Source of the DNA: a virus
Lineage: Duplodnaviria; Caudoviricetes
Reading direction: 5' to 3' (one strand)
Length of the DNA: 36,840 bases
IMG/VR virus record: IMGVR_UViG_3300014656_006064
Coordinates: 1-36,840 of that record
In this document: positions 10,201 to 18,358 of the stretch, piece after piece
Layout of the letters: every line of letters begins with the position of its first letter
Position numbering within the stretch: the stretch's first letter is position 1
Notes under the pieces: generated by a model
What the model was told of the DNA's origin: nothing
The model's input: the letters and a program-made list of their open reading frames with translations, nothing else
Database searches by the model: none
Position numbers and translations under genes: made by a program

Positions 10201-12586
10201 GCTTGAGCACCTTGTCCCATAGGCGGGTGATCCATTCGGCGATGCGCTGGAACACGCCCTTCAAGCGCTCGTCCTTCGCCTCTCCATAGGACAGGTACTT
10301 CACAAGGTCATCGACGAATGCTTCTTCATGCTCGCGCGTCCACTGGCCGCCGACGATGTTATAGGCCTCCTCGAGCTTCATCCCGAGGTCGGTACCGATA
10401 AGCTGCTTGCGGAACATATGGCCGGACTCGTGGACGAACGATACGAAATCCGACTTCTCGGTGGTCATGATGAGGGCCTTCGCATCGCGGACGAATTCCC
10501 CGATGCGAAGCTCCTGGTCGCCCTTCGTGAAGAGGATCCCGGCGCGCTGGCCCTGAGCGGCGGAGACGCGGCCGGTCTTCTCGCCGATGATCTCGGGGGA
10601 GAATTCATTCTTGAGGTATTCATCGAATCCGATGCCCATGGCGTTGGCCCGGAATTCGTGCATGAGGATCGCGGCCTCGCGCTGGACGGGGGTCACGTTC
10701 GGCATCTTGTCGGCGATGACCAGGCGGAGCTTCGCGCGGGCTTTCTCGATCTCCGGGTTCCCGCCCTCGGAGAACCAATTCGCTCCGGTTCCGTGCGGAT
10801 TGGCCGCTGTGAGCCGATCCACGGCGGCGCGGGTACCGTCGGGCGCGCCGTCCGAAGCGGTAATCGGGAGACCCGGATACTTGGCGGCGAGCTCCTGAAT
10901 CGCCTCGTCGCGGACGCCCTCGTAGCCTTTCTTGAATCGGGCGTTGTCGAGGACGATCCCGTCCTCGGTGATCTCGTACTTGAGGTACCCGAGCCGTTCC
11001 TTCGTTTCGGCGTCGCCTACCTTGAGGATGGCCTCGACCTTGCCATCCTCGGAGGATTCGATAGTCTTCTCCTCGGTGTAGAGGGTGCCGGCCTCGGTGC
11101 GCTTGAAGGGTTTGACCTCTCCCTCTGGGGCGGACTCGCGGGTCTCCTTGGCTTTCTTTTGGGCCTTCTCCCATATCCTTTCGAGAGCTGCCTTTCTCTG
11201 CTTCTCCGGTACGTCCTCGACATCCTTCCACTTGGATGCGTTCTCGACGAAGGTCTCGCGGTCAGTGCTGGCCGCATATTCCTTCAGGGCTTTCGACTGT
11301 CTCGCGGCACCCTTGTACCCAATGAATGCCGAGGGGAGACCGTACCCAAGAGAAGCGAGCGCGCCGCCCTTGAAGTTCTCCCATGCGTTCGTGGCAATCT
11401 CTCCCGCCTCCGCTTGGCTCAAGCCTTTGCCCTCGAGTCCAGCGGCGACGTTCTTGATGAGGTCGGACGCAATGGACTGAAGCGCTTCCTCTGCGCCTTC
11501 CTCCACTATCTCCCCGGCATATCCCATGATCGCCGTACCGAGCGCGCCGGCCCTTCCTGAAATCAAGAGCGTTTTGGCGACGTTCCCGGATATGCCCGTG
11601 ATGGCCTCTCCGCCTAGCTTCCCGAGGAGCCCGGGGACGTTTCCAAGGAACGATTCGAGCGTCGCCTGTATCCCGCCCGAGACCATGGCGAGGGGGGAGG
11701 CGATTTCATGGGAAACGCCGTTCTTCCTCATGTCGTAATAATCCAGGGCTTCCATGATCTGCATGGAGGCCATGAAAGAGCCGGTCTTGGAAGCGGCGAG
11801 CGTGAGAGCGGATGCCATAGCGGCCGCTCCAACGGGGGCGGCAAGCCCGAACGTTGCGGCGGTGCCGCCCATAGCCGCGGTCCCCAGGCCTACCGCAGCG
11901 GCGGCGGCTCCGCCGGCTAGAAGCCCCTTCCCCATGACCTGTGCTATGAAGGGGGCGGACTCCGCGCCGAACTTCAAGGCGGTGGCTATTATTCCTCGGG
12001 GGAAGCGATCCTGCATTTTAGCCATTTCGCCATAGAGAGCGTCAATCTTGCGCTCGAGGTCTTTATCTTGCCCGCCCGTGTCCTTCCATCGTTTCGCCAG
12101 CGCGGCGGCGTCCATGGTGAGGTCTCCAACACGGAAGGAGTCGGCTATCGACTCGAAGTGCCCTTTCCCATTCGTGACATTCGGTGACTGAAGCCATGCC
12201 CGAGATATCGACTCGAGATTCGCGCGGGCATTCTCCATCGGGATACCAAGGCGCTGGGAATACATTTTAGCGCTCGCCCAATTCCAGCGCTCCGTGTCTG
12301 GATCGTCGGACAGGGAGATTGCCGAGGAGATGAGCGAATATTCATCATCGGATACAGGAATGCCATACATGGCCCGACGCTTCTGGTCTTCATACTGGCG
12401 TAGGGCCACGGCGTCCTTTTCGACCGAATCGAGAAGCGTGGACCTGGGGGCTTGCCCGCCTGCCCGTAAAGCCTTCGCGTTCGAGTCAACCGCTTGCATG
12501 AGCGACGAGCCGGAAATAGGACTCGGTAAGGGGCTCGGTGCGGCGGGGGTACTAATCGTGTCAGCAAATTCAGGTATGGGCATCAA
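4283..12586 (-). CDS. Giant internal virion/ejection protein, polyvalent (zincin, ART-PolyVal, LPD23 plus metallopeptidase, LPD3-like modules)
   Basis: 2767 aa in T7 gp16 position; HESGH..EE zincin; FKNWFGDSKVVDSEGKPLVMYHGT..GFWFT..GYDGI (ART-PolyVal); TGWFKGKYDGKWRLE plus HELQH..GEIEAR; VVNRDTGREV (LPD3-like). Confidence 0.85.
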   Translation of the reverse strand: MMPIPEFADTISTPAAPSPLPSPISGSSLMQAVDSNAKALRAGGQAPRSTLLDSVEKDAVALRQYEDQKRRAMYGIPVSDDEYSLISSAISLSDDPDTERWNWASAKMYSQRLGIPMENARANLESISRAWLQSPNVTNGKGHFESIADSFRVGDLTMDAAALAKRWKDTGGQDKDLERKIDALYGEMAKMQDRFPRGIIATALKFGAESAPFIAQVMGKGLLAGGAAAAAVGLGTAAMGGTAATFGLAAPVGAAAMASALTLAASKTGSFMASMQIMEALDYYDMRKNGVSHEIASPLAMVSGGIQATLESFLGNVPGLLGKLGGEAITGISGNVAKTLLISGRAGALGTAIMGYAGEIVEEGAEEALQSIASDLIKNVAAGLEGKGLSQAEAGEIATNAWENFKGGALASLGYGLPSAFIGYKGAARQSKALKEYAASTDRETFVENASKWKDVEDVPEKQRKAALERIWEKAQKKAKETRESAPEGEVKPFKRTEAGTLYTEEKTIESSEDGKVEAILKVGDAETKERLGYLKYEITEDGIVLDNARFKKGYEGVRDEAIQELAAKYPGLPITASDGAPDGTRAAVDRLTAANPHGTGANWFSEGGNPEIEKARAKLRLVIADKMPNVTPVQREAAILMHEFRANAMGIGFDEYLKNEFSPEIIGEKTGRVSAAQGQRAGILFTKGDQELRIGEFVRDAKALIMTTEKSDFVSFVHESGHMFRKQLIGTDLGMKLEEAYNIVGGQWTREHEEAFVDDLVKYLSYGEAKDERLKGVFQRIAEWITRLWDKVLKQADIDPRIRAVMDELFKSDVSPLQEAASTSVIAEEQEGPRDAIAVQQESKEEVLFQKADPIDSEAFKNWFGDSKVVDSEGKPLVMYHGTTSEIEAFDPLKAGQSNTVAGVGFWFTPQREFAERFIQGLWYGDRKPNILSVYLSIKNPKVFEVVEPNESLINELEAQIKGIVDEAKTLTNQYGWNALVFEKITKEEYESKKVEIEKLHQKKKTIEGQIAKHQYGDPYQQFKTDIYEHAGQTAREANIGGLGMVLQNPEEALQNYREKLRSEGYDGILIKGTTYDANIAGGPNDQYVALDPEQIKSIGNRGTWDSNDPRILFQYIGERAELDDIERQNLSVAKEMAQSEKDSETIRLATGWFKGKYDGKWRLETDSRLAIKKPWGDTWDELENLIVFPTLFKKYPQLRKLLTRFEKTESEPTTRGSYTRAVPSDLTYKGREAELRISATSREEAKKTIIHELQHAIQDIEGFSRGSDPKQFRDEYKRLNELVDELNAAMKEADKKSDTKKYNALMNERQLIIPRIQELQGKTGIVGLDMYWNTAGEIEARDAASRMGLSPEQCEAIAPYSSENIATEDAVVLFQLDEETVGRIEEMDPIRVTTPRLPTATSDVRRWMVERFRTFSNVVNRDTGREVELVISAAKKVSQHLAKRDTAAIVSDLPEIVEKAIFLDAEKNRKPDVKRIHEARHYAAWIELDGEPRFVTLTTQVYQGREQLDQLKNWQVEKKEAAADRLIESGAAASSVGHEPHRNRIVELIRSVKPDFLFEEEFDDTTLFQLDDESINAEAAKYDTWQAWKADEEATSEWITEQARPGDLEGKDLDDWYRTRWEAVRAKAEEEAAGKRVEARKEARRGEFAASMAKAGGVENLLASIWDAEVQAFDVGQAMDEEEQAEIEKSEEWKVELSRRLADHPLVLLSAQSVGQGKKLSPSTRKAILTYIRHNEIEFAALYAELTGDLDLAQYAEAGREKLQSIPDPKLERYADMSIAERTALLNNISDKEVRDRIKAGEYDDDYLSDYVRRLEESKKLLTKESEDAKAEIEKLGGKLEAESDFALKMYDRSKTAAKALESKGKELAKVKAAKERVEAAKSAYVEALGSARDESKLSAKIAKKEYLAALNEARKEAAFQARFVAAEIRATAKLRAQRDANRRAIMKKPAKNIIWEKRQEILTIQEYLRSKKWEYIEEQDDTGKKRRRRAYDTVVGEDGKKHKVPRYTTVQAENMKAALSMLLRESPSLIKILTNETVDRINDKPFSAWTLAELQDLRSIIDRIAKEGREAYDLKKMMENREASADRYEIENGIRKNKRYKAPAAHGSEEEKAIRKKMEGFATWELPAMKMRYFAPLLDNGIEGVNTKLLVKDEYEARRQKQREKVRRLRKVQTRMRELKMTQKERQRKITIPGIGPGATDVTMSAARLAHVSLLLRNDKGRAAFIYGNLFSEHERTKMTRDFLQANGDAKYLKLTRAIDQNLTTGEKEIIDMIAEGFGSAEFDRQNKAVIELTNEEMKPEKNYSPLYREGAYFESQKDSIIDSMKAKYGFVVNPESGFTIARINIAPEHQSPVRVMDIVSMFEDAVDTQEHLIAYGAYVKKLHAVYQNQQLSKAVREGIIQTYGKDGMEYVDKYIGAIASADGDSSGHTPGDKALKKLRGYQAVGFLAFRWTSVVKQLITSPLPYMAYAPKETLAAAFEAIGSGHMLKFIEEIEGKSEMLQSRTIDQLFEAIKAMDAEGWEGLIKKIGTTGMKGLEFADRISVAIGWKGVYDKELAAGATEEDAIKKADDITFQTQPSANPADLAPIYRDMNEWKRILLMFTSSLNTVYNNIAHGVPKAIREKEYGQAIGIVASYAIAGTLLGAFAKSLGKDPPPDDPDEWWRQWLFYSMTQFTDSVPLIGQEFTGVMKRMVSGDKRLPFGEDTLPTVSAIIQGFDSLSKGDIEKAAQNFAEGVGLATGMPTLAIEEYAKNLGSLIEGKGDKQ
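7923..7951 (+). promoter_or_regulatory. Sigma70-type promoter antisense to the polyvalent gene
   Basis: TTGACG (7923-7928), 17 bp, TATTCT (7946-7951). Confidence 0.7.
7958..8031 (+). ncRNA. Putative ~75-nt antisense small RNA
   Basis: Lies between the promoter and a U-tract; hairpin TGGGG-TTCATG-CCCCA then long stem AAGAAGCCGC/GCGGCTTCTT with inner CCGG/CCGG. Confidence 0.6.
7978..8031 (+). terminator. Intrinsic terminator-like structure
   Basis: 10-bp stem 7978-7987/8016-8025, running into TTCTTTCTTTT. Confidence 0.55.
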
Positions 12587-12592
12587 TAGCTC

Positions 12593-14536
12593 CTACGGGG
12601 CCGGGAATTCGCTTGCGGTCCAGAAATCATCTGATACCGGCGCGATCTCGCCCTTCTTTTTTACCGGAGGCCACGCCAGCTTGACGTTGCCCTGCCATAG
12701 CTCGAGCTTCCCTTCAGGAGCCTTGAAATAGAATGGTTTCTCCGAACCCTTGACGCTGAATCTTGCCTGTGCGGTAATATCCCACGGCCCCTCGGACTCA
12801 TAGGTTTGCACAACGGATTCTATTGGTACGCGGAGTGCTTCCGAGACAATGGCGCGCTGCCTGTCATGGAGCTGGGCGATAGAGGCTCGCGTGTAGGTGT
12901 TCATTCCTATGTTGCCCTGCTGGTCGGTATAGACGAGCGCGGCTGATAGCTCGGGGCTCGCATCGAGCGTCTTCTGTAGGCTCCCGAGCTGGTCGTCGGT
13001 AGAGGCGAACCACCCGGGGATTATGAGGTTCTTACGCAACAGGTCCATACCCTTGCCGGCCACAACATTAACAAGTTGCTTCCCAGCTTGCACGAAGTCG
13101 GTATTCTTCATGTTCGGATTGTCAATCATGGTCTGGTATAGGCTGTCGCGTACTACCGAGGTCAGAAGTGCTCGTTCCTCGGGAGCGAGTTTTAATCCCG
13201 TAATGAACGTGGTGACATCCTTGAACGCCGAGGCATATTCGGGAGATTCGTACTTGACGACTTCTTCGATTGCGGGGCCGGCCTTGTTCGGCGCAATATC
13301 CATGACGCCAGTCAAGAGACGGACAGCCTCGGGATGGTTGATTTCTTTCTTGTAGAACTTCGCCATGACGCCGGATACGTAATTCTCTCCGAACTTGTCG
13401 GAAGCGCCGCTGCTTCCCGATTCTGCCGCTGCCATACGGGTCTGCAAGAGGTCGAGCACTTTCTTTCTCGTCTCCTCGTCGCCACGGAAATACTGGTTGT
13501 CTTTACTGCGAACGTCGGCTATCTGTGCCTCGATGTCGCCCATATTCCAGCGCCCTACAGTGTCGTAGCGCTTTATCTCTCGCTCCCAGTTCTCGGTACT
13601 CTGCATGGTTCGTAGCTGTGACTCGACCGCGGGCCGCATCCATTCGGGGTACTGCTTGGCGATATCCTTGATCGCGGTATCGGCGACGAAGCGCTCGCCT
13701 TTCTTGGCTTCGTCGTAGGCTTGTACCGCGGCGTCGGAAGCGGCGGCGGTTTCGGCCTTGACGGTATTGGCGACGGACGCGCGGAGGGACGCCTTCTCGT
13801 CCTCGGAAAAGCTCGTCGCGTCGATGTCGGCGAGGCCCGCGGAGAGACCGCCCTCGCGCGTGGATGCGATGGCCCGGTTCTCTGCAACGCCTATTCCATA
13901 GGATCGCTGGGCCTTGGAGAATAGAGCCTCCTTGCCTTTCGGGGTCAAGAGGCTCGTTGACTGGATCACGTCGTAGACCGGCGTAATATCCTCGCTACCT
14001 ATCGAGGACTTCATAGCCATATCGACGTTCTGGTTGAAGGCGTCTTGCGCCTCCTTCATGCCCTGGTCGAGAAGCACGTTATTCGCCCATGCGGAGCTTT
14101 CAGCCTGGGACTGCGTGGCCTGGGTCTTGAGCCAATTCTGCACGCGGCCGAATCCGCCGTACTCCTTGGATATGCGCTCGGTCTCCGAGTCGTACAGGGT
14201 TTGAAGCGAGGGGTCGAGCTTGAGGATTTGCCGGCCGTCTTCCTCGATGACGGCCGACGATCCGTTGAGGATAGATTCCTGAACGGCTGTGCGATAGTCG
14301 GACTGGAAGCGGATAGCGTCCTGCTTCCCCTTCTCCATCTTGGACTGTTCTAGGATTCCGTAAACCGATGACGCTACCTCGAAGGCTCCGACGATGGTTC
14401 CGTATACCTCTTGCCTGGTCTCCTCCTTGGCCTTGATCCGCTCGAATTCCTCGGAGAAGTTGGCCTGCCCGGCGGCGCCGAGTCCGCGTATCGCGTTCGC
14501 CTGGGGGGAGTAGTCTACGGTCGGTAGTATGGGCAT
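12593..14536 (-). CDS. Internal virion protein (T7 gp15 position)
   Basis: 647 aa, Ala/Gln-rich helical; synteny between small and giant ejection proteins. Confidence 0.65.
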   Translation of the reverse strand: MPILPTVDYSPQANAIRGLGAAGQANFSEEFERIKAKEETRQEVYGTIVGAFEVASSVYGILEQSKMEKGKQDAIRFQSDYRTAVQESILNGSSAVIEEDGRQILKLDPSLQTLYDSETERISKEYGGFGRVQNWLKTQATQSQAESSAWANNVLLDQGMKEAQDAFNQNVDMAMKSSIGSEDITPVYDVIQSTSLLTPKGKEALFSKAQRSYGIGVAENRAIASTREGGLSAGLADIDATSFSEDEKASLRASVANTVKAETAAASDAAVQAYDEAKKGERFVADTAIKDIAKQYPEWMRPAVESQLRTMQSTENWEREIKRYDTVGRWNMGDIEAQIADVRSKDNQYFRGDEETRKKVLDLLQTRMAAAESGSSGASDKFGENYVSGVMAKFYKKEINHPEAVRLLTGVMDIAPNKAGPAIEEVVKYESPEYASAFKDVTTFITGLKLAPEERALLTSVVRDSLYQTMIDNPNMKNTDFVQAGKQLVNVVAGKGMDLLRKNLIIPGWFASTDDQLGSLQKTLDASPELSAALVYTDQQGNIGMNTYTRASIAQLHDRQRAIVSEALRVPIESVVQTYESEGPWDITAQARFSVKGSEKPFYFKAPEGKLELWQGNVKLAWPPVKKKGEIAPVSDDFWTASEFPAP

Positions 14537-15273
14537 TATTCGCCTCTTTCCGAGCGGGATGCTGCTAATTCTTCTCGACGGGCGGCCGCGGCTTCACGCC
14601 TTGCGGCCTTTTCTGCTTCTGATGTTTCATACGCATCGACCCGCTCCTGTGCGTCTGCTTCGGCGGTAGTGTAGAGTTCGAGGGTTTCATCGAGCATAGA
14701 TAGGCTCGAGCGCAAGACTTCAAGCTGACTTCGCGCCTGCTCTTCCTCGGCGGTGAGGTTTCCGTATAGCTCGGTCCGCGCCATTTCATACCGGCCGCCG
14801 TCCCCGCCGCCGAGCTCCATATCTGCGCCGGCGTAGTCGACGAGCTCCGATTGAGCTTCAGCGGTCAAAAGGCCGGCCGATCCGCCGACGCGACCCGAGG
14901 CGCCCGCGGCGACGTTACCCATGGCGTAGTTGTTTAGGAGCCCGCGGAATTCGTTCCGACTCTGCGCTTCATACGAGTTTTTCGTGAGTTCCGCATAGTT
15001 CGGGAATGCCGAGAGGAACGACTCGTAGGCGGATATGTTGCTGTTTGCCTGCTCTATCGCTACGCTTGTCTCAAGGGCCGCGGTATGGTATGAAAGCGCG
15101 TCGCTCTTGGCTGACAGCGCATCGGCGGCGTCCTCGTTGGCCTGGGCCGACCCCCAGTTTACGAAGTCAAATAGCAGGCCGAGGCCTGCGCCGATCGCCG
15201 TTCCAATTCCCGGAAGGATCGCTGTGCCTATCGAGGCTCCCACTCCGGTACCGCCGAATGATAATCCTGCCAT
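14536..15273 (-). CDS. Internal virion protein (T7 gp14 position)
   Basis: Gly-zipper hydrophobic N-terminus (GASIGTAILPGIGTAIGAGLG), AGASGRVGGS motif, follows tail tube B. Confidence 0.65.
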   Translation of the reverse strand: MAGLSFGGTGVGASIGTAILPGIGTAIGAGLGLLFDFVNWGSAQANEDAADALSAKSDALSYHTAALETSVAIEQANSNISAYESFLSAFPNYAELTKNSYEAQSRNEFRGLLNNYAMGNVAAGASGRVGGSAGLLTAEAQSELVDYAGADMELGGGDGGRYEMARTELYGNLTAEEEQARSQLEVLRSSLSMLDETLELYTTAEADAQERVDAYETSEAEKAARREAAAARREELAASRSERGE

Positions 15274-15276
15274 GAT

Positions 15277-17010
15277 CTATACCTCCTTGATCGCGACGCG
15301 ATAGATAATCGCGAGAAGGGTGAAGGGTGCCGGTTCGGTGTGTTCAAGTTCGAGCGTAGTATCAGGGTCTAGCGAACCGACGATATCCGCGGTCAGGTCT
15401 CCGGTGAACAGGTCGGGAGACGCGCCCCATACCGTTGACCCCGATCGCCAGGTTAGCAGCTTGAATTGGCTCGAGTTTGATGCTCCGATACTTCCTCCGA
15501 GCGAGCGGAAGAGACGGAGAATCGCTTTCTCGATGTTCTTCTGCTTGCCCTGCGACGTGCCGTTCGCTGGAACCTCGGGGCGTAGTGTATGCGCCTTGCT
15601 CGTCAGGGTCAGGCCGATATGTATTTTCGTGACGGCCCGGTCGTAGGTGACGGAGCCTGAAACAACGGTCTTCGGGGGGAGGACGGCGCCGTCTGCCCAT
15701 GCGGTTACGGTCTTGCCTTCAAGGTGCGAGAGCCCCGTGACGGTAGCCGTGGGTGATCCGTACGTGAAGGAAAGGCCACAATCGACGAAATGGAAGTCGG
15801 CCTGAAGCGCGGTGTTGAGGTTGGCGAAACGCATGTACTCGACCGTTCGCGTTGAGCCTCGGAGAATCGACAGCCATACGACATCCTCGTTCGACGTACT
15901 CCCCACGGCGACGGATTCGACGATTGCTTCCTCGGCCATGGGGTGACGAGCCCATGCGACGACGCCGTTCTTGAAGTCGATCGTGCATGATACGAGGAGC
16001 CCGTCCGTGCGGACGAGCCATACAATCGGGTCGGGGTAGGACATGACCTTCAGTTCGACGACGGGCGAGGCAAGGAAATGTTCGGCGTCCTTCGACAGGT
16101 CGTAGTCTACGAATCCGCCGCCCTCCTCGGAGTAGATGAGGGCGTGTAGGCTTGTACCTCCGCGCCCGATGTACAGTACGGTATTCTCGAGGAGCGCGGG
16201 CTGTACGTCTGCGCTCCCGGTGTAGGACACGATATTCATGTCGAAGGTGGCCGGGGTCGGCATCTGGCCGTTATCCATCCATATCGCCCGGTCGGTACCG
16301 ATCAAGAGGCGGCGCTGCCCGATGGCCCAACGGATAGATGTTCCGTTCATGTCCGCCTCTTGTAGGTAGATAGCGTTGTCGGCTGCCGTCCCCATGGTCA
16401 TGTCGGTGAATCGGTCAGCGCCGGTCGCGGCGACAGGAGAGCGCGATAGGAATTCGGATACCGGCTCGGCGTTCGTCCCGGCGAAACCGGCGCGGCCAGC
16501 GTGGAAGAACACGGCGCGGGGATACTTGTCTGTAGCGGCGAACGTCCTGTCCCCGGTAAACGTCGGGGTGGCGATGCTCCATACGCCGCCCGATAGGGAA
16601 ATAGTTCGAGGGGCGAACGACGGATGGACGATCCATAGTATGCCCTTCATGACTCGGCACTTGAGGGCGAACAGGGCCGAAGTATTCCAGGGGGTGACGA
16701 GTTCGGTCGGGCTGCCGCCTCCATCTATCGAGAAATCCTGCTTCCAGATTCGGGCTTTCTGGTCGGTCAGCTCGATAATGTAGTAGTCCCCGGAAGTTGC
16801 AGTCACTTCGATGAGCCGGGCCTTGGAGTTCGAGCGGGTGGTTCCCGCGTAGTTCGTCCCGGAGCGCTTGCGTAGTCCCCCTTGCCTGATGGGAAGGAAG
16901 TTCTGGCACATGCGTAGCCCGGTCTGGTACCGTGGCGAATCGATCCGGCCCTCGAGCAGGGGGGAGACTTCGCCCGATATGAAGTTGTTCTGTAGAAGGG
17001 TCAGGTTCAT
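15277..17010 (-). CDS. Tail tubular protein B / nozzle (T7 gp12-like)
   Basis: NNFISGEVSPLL..R.D..Y..G...NF....GG..KR.GT N-terminus; VVAWARH; FVDCG; GLSHLEGKTV; LFTGD. Confidence 0.9.
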   Translation of the reverse strand: MNLTLLQNNFISGEVSPLLEGRIDSPRYQTGLRMCQNFLPIRQGGLRKRSGTNYAGTTRSNSKARLIEVTATSGDYYIIELTDQKARIWKQDFSIDGGGSPTELVTPWNTSALFALKCRVMKGILWIVHPSFAPRTISLSGGVWSIATPTFTGDRTFAATDKYPRAVFFHAGRAGFAGTNAEPVSEFLSRSPVAATGADRFTDMTMGTAADNAIYLQEADMNGTSIRWAIGQRRLLIGTDRAIWMDNGQMPTPATFDMNIVSYTGSADVQPALLENTVLYIGRGGTSLHALIYSEEGGGFVDYDLSKDAEHFLASPVVELKVMSYPDPIVWLVRTDGLLVSCTIDFKNGVVAWARHPMAEEAIVESVAVGSTSNEDVVWLSILRGSTRTVEYMRFANLNTALQADFHFVDCGLSFTYGSPTATVTGLSHLEGKTVTAWADGAVLPPKTVVSGSVTYDRAVTKIHIGLTLTSKAHTLRPEVPANGTSQGKQKNIEKAILRLFRSLGGSIGASNSSQFKLLTWRSGSTVWGASPDLFTGDLTADIVGSLDPDTTLELEHTEPAPFTLLAIIYRVAIKEV

Positions 17011-17577
17011 CTACCGGGCCTCGTCGTACCAGGGATCCGCTTGTCCCGGCTCGTGACGCCTCGCGTCGGCGGTGATGGCCTCGTTCAGCGCGAGGGCGGA
17101 CTCCTGCGCTATGCGGGCGGCAAGGGCGTCCGACGAGGTGAGCGGGGTCGAGAGAAGGAAGGCCAGGTGGGTCGAGATAGCCTTCTTGAGGTACCCGGGG
17201 AGTATGCTGGGGTCGGCGGGGCGGGCGATGTAGACGAGGTATACCGTCTCCGAATCGGTGAGGATGGTCCATCCTTCGGGGAGGTAGGGGGAACCGTCTG
17301 TCGCGACTGCTATGGTATTGATATGGTCGGTCGGGAGGACGTAGGCGTAGGAATAACCGAAGACGGGGGCGGACGCGGAGCGGGCAAGCTCGATGCGGGT
17401 AGCGATTGACCAGGAGCGCGCGGAGAGGATGTACTCGACAGCCTCCCCGAGAAACGTATTGACGTACTGGGCGAGCTCGTCGCCCGAGGTCAGCGTGTCG
17501 ATGCGCGCCTTGCCGATGCGGCCGAGCGCGCGGTTCGCGATGTCGACCCATGAATTGCCGTACTGCACGTCCGCCAT
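17011..17577 (-). CDS. Tail tubular protein A / adaptor (T7 gp11-like)
   Basis: VDIANRALGRIG...I..L, W..A..R..L, YSYAYVLPTD motifs; synteny. Confidence 0.88.
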   Translation of the reverse strand: MADVQYGNSWVDIANRALGRIGKARIDTLTSGDELAQYVNTFLGEAVEYILSARSWSIATRIELARSASAPVFGYSYAYVLPTDHINTIAVATDGSPYLPEGWTILTDSETVYLVYIARPADPSILPGYLKKAISTHLAFLLSTPLTSSDALAARIAQESALALNEAITADARRHEPGQADPWYDEAR

Positions 17578-17580
17578 AGT

Positions 17581-17889
17581 TTACGCCTTAGCCGCGGCGA
17601 TGGCGGCGATGAGGTCGCCCTTATTCATCTGCGACGCGCCTTTGATCTCGAGCTTCTTGGCCGTCTCGATGAGTTCATCGCGGGTGGGTTCCTTCGGGGG
17701 CTCGCCTTCGTCCGTGGCTTCCGCCGTGGGCTCGCCGGCCAGGTACTCGGCCGCTTCCTTGTCCATCGGCTGAAGGTGGTTGTCGTTCCTGCCCCGATAC
17801 TTCTCGACCTCTTCGGGCGACAGGTCCATGATCGTGCTGGCGCTGATGTACGGGGCGCCGCCGATGTCGACTAGAAACTGGAATTTCAT
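17581..17889 (-). CDS. Small protein with C-terminal Rho-N/HeH-type domain
   Basis: TRDELIETAKKLEIKGASQMNKGDLIAAI. Confidence 0.75.
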   Translation of the reverse strand: MKFQFLVDIGGAPYISASTIMDLSPEEVEKYRGRNDNHLQPMDKEAAEYLAGEPTAEATDEGEPPKEPTRDELIETAKKLEIKGASQMNKGDLIAAIAAAKA

Positions 17890-17911
17890 TCGATCCTCCT
17901 CTGCGAATTAA

Positions 17912-17933
17912 GCCCCCGGATTGCTCCGGGGGC
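17912..17933 (-). terminator. GC-rich hairpin after capsid/cement genes (terminator or stabiliser)
   Basis: GCCCCCGGA-GCAA-TCCGGGGGC followed by weak TTAATT tail. Confidence 0.6.
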
Positions 17934-17939
17934 AGGCGA

Positions 17940-18347
17940 TCAGTTCGGGCCGGCCTCGAGCCAGGCGTTCACGGTCTTGGCCGTAAAGGTGCCGGTGCTC
18001 TTGGGGGTGCATCCGGCGCGGATGTACTGCCGGTGGTCGTTAGGTATCGGCATCTTGACGGAGACGCCGGCCTTGATACCGCCTGCGCACTGGGCGCCGG
18101 TAAGGATGGTCGTCCACGAGGAACCGTCGGCCGAGTCCTCGATGAACGGGATGAACGAGTCGACGGATACGAAATCCGCCGACGGGACGAAAACGGCCTC
18201 GAAGCCCGCCTGCGCCCGGCCCGTCCTGTGGGACGAGAACACGGAGCGGGAGTCGATCGCGCCGAGCTTAATGCTGTTGGCGGCCGATACAGCCGTATCC
18301 TTCGTGGCGAGCGATATGGCGCCGAAATCCAATAGAGCATCACGCAT
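17940..18347 (-). CDS. Capsid cement/decoration protein (Bbp16-like)
   Basis: MRDALLDF..., IEDSADGSSWTT, P...RQYIR, GTFTA..VNAWL; directly after MCP. Confidence 0.8.
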   Translation of the reverse strand: MRDALLDFGAISLATKDTAVSAANSIKLGAIDSRSVFSSHRTGRAQAGFEAVFVPSADFVSVDSFIPFIEDSADGSSWTTILTGAQCAGGIKAGVSVKMPIPNDHRQYIRAGCTPKSTGTFTAKTVNAWLEAGPN

Positions 18348-18358
18348 GGCTTACCTCC

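Noticed and set aside
10328-11560. Long + strand ORFs (e.g. 410 aa here, 7379..8230, 571..1224)
   Set aside because: Antisense mirrors of strongly codon-biased minus-strand genes
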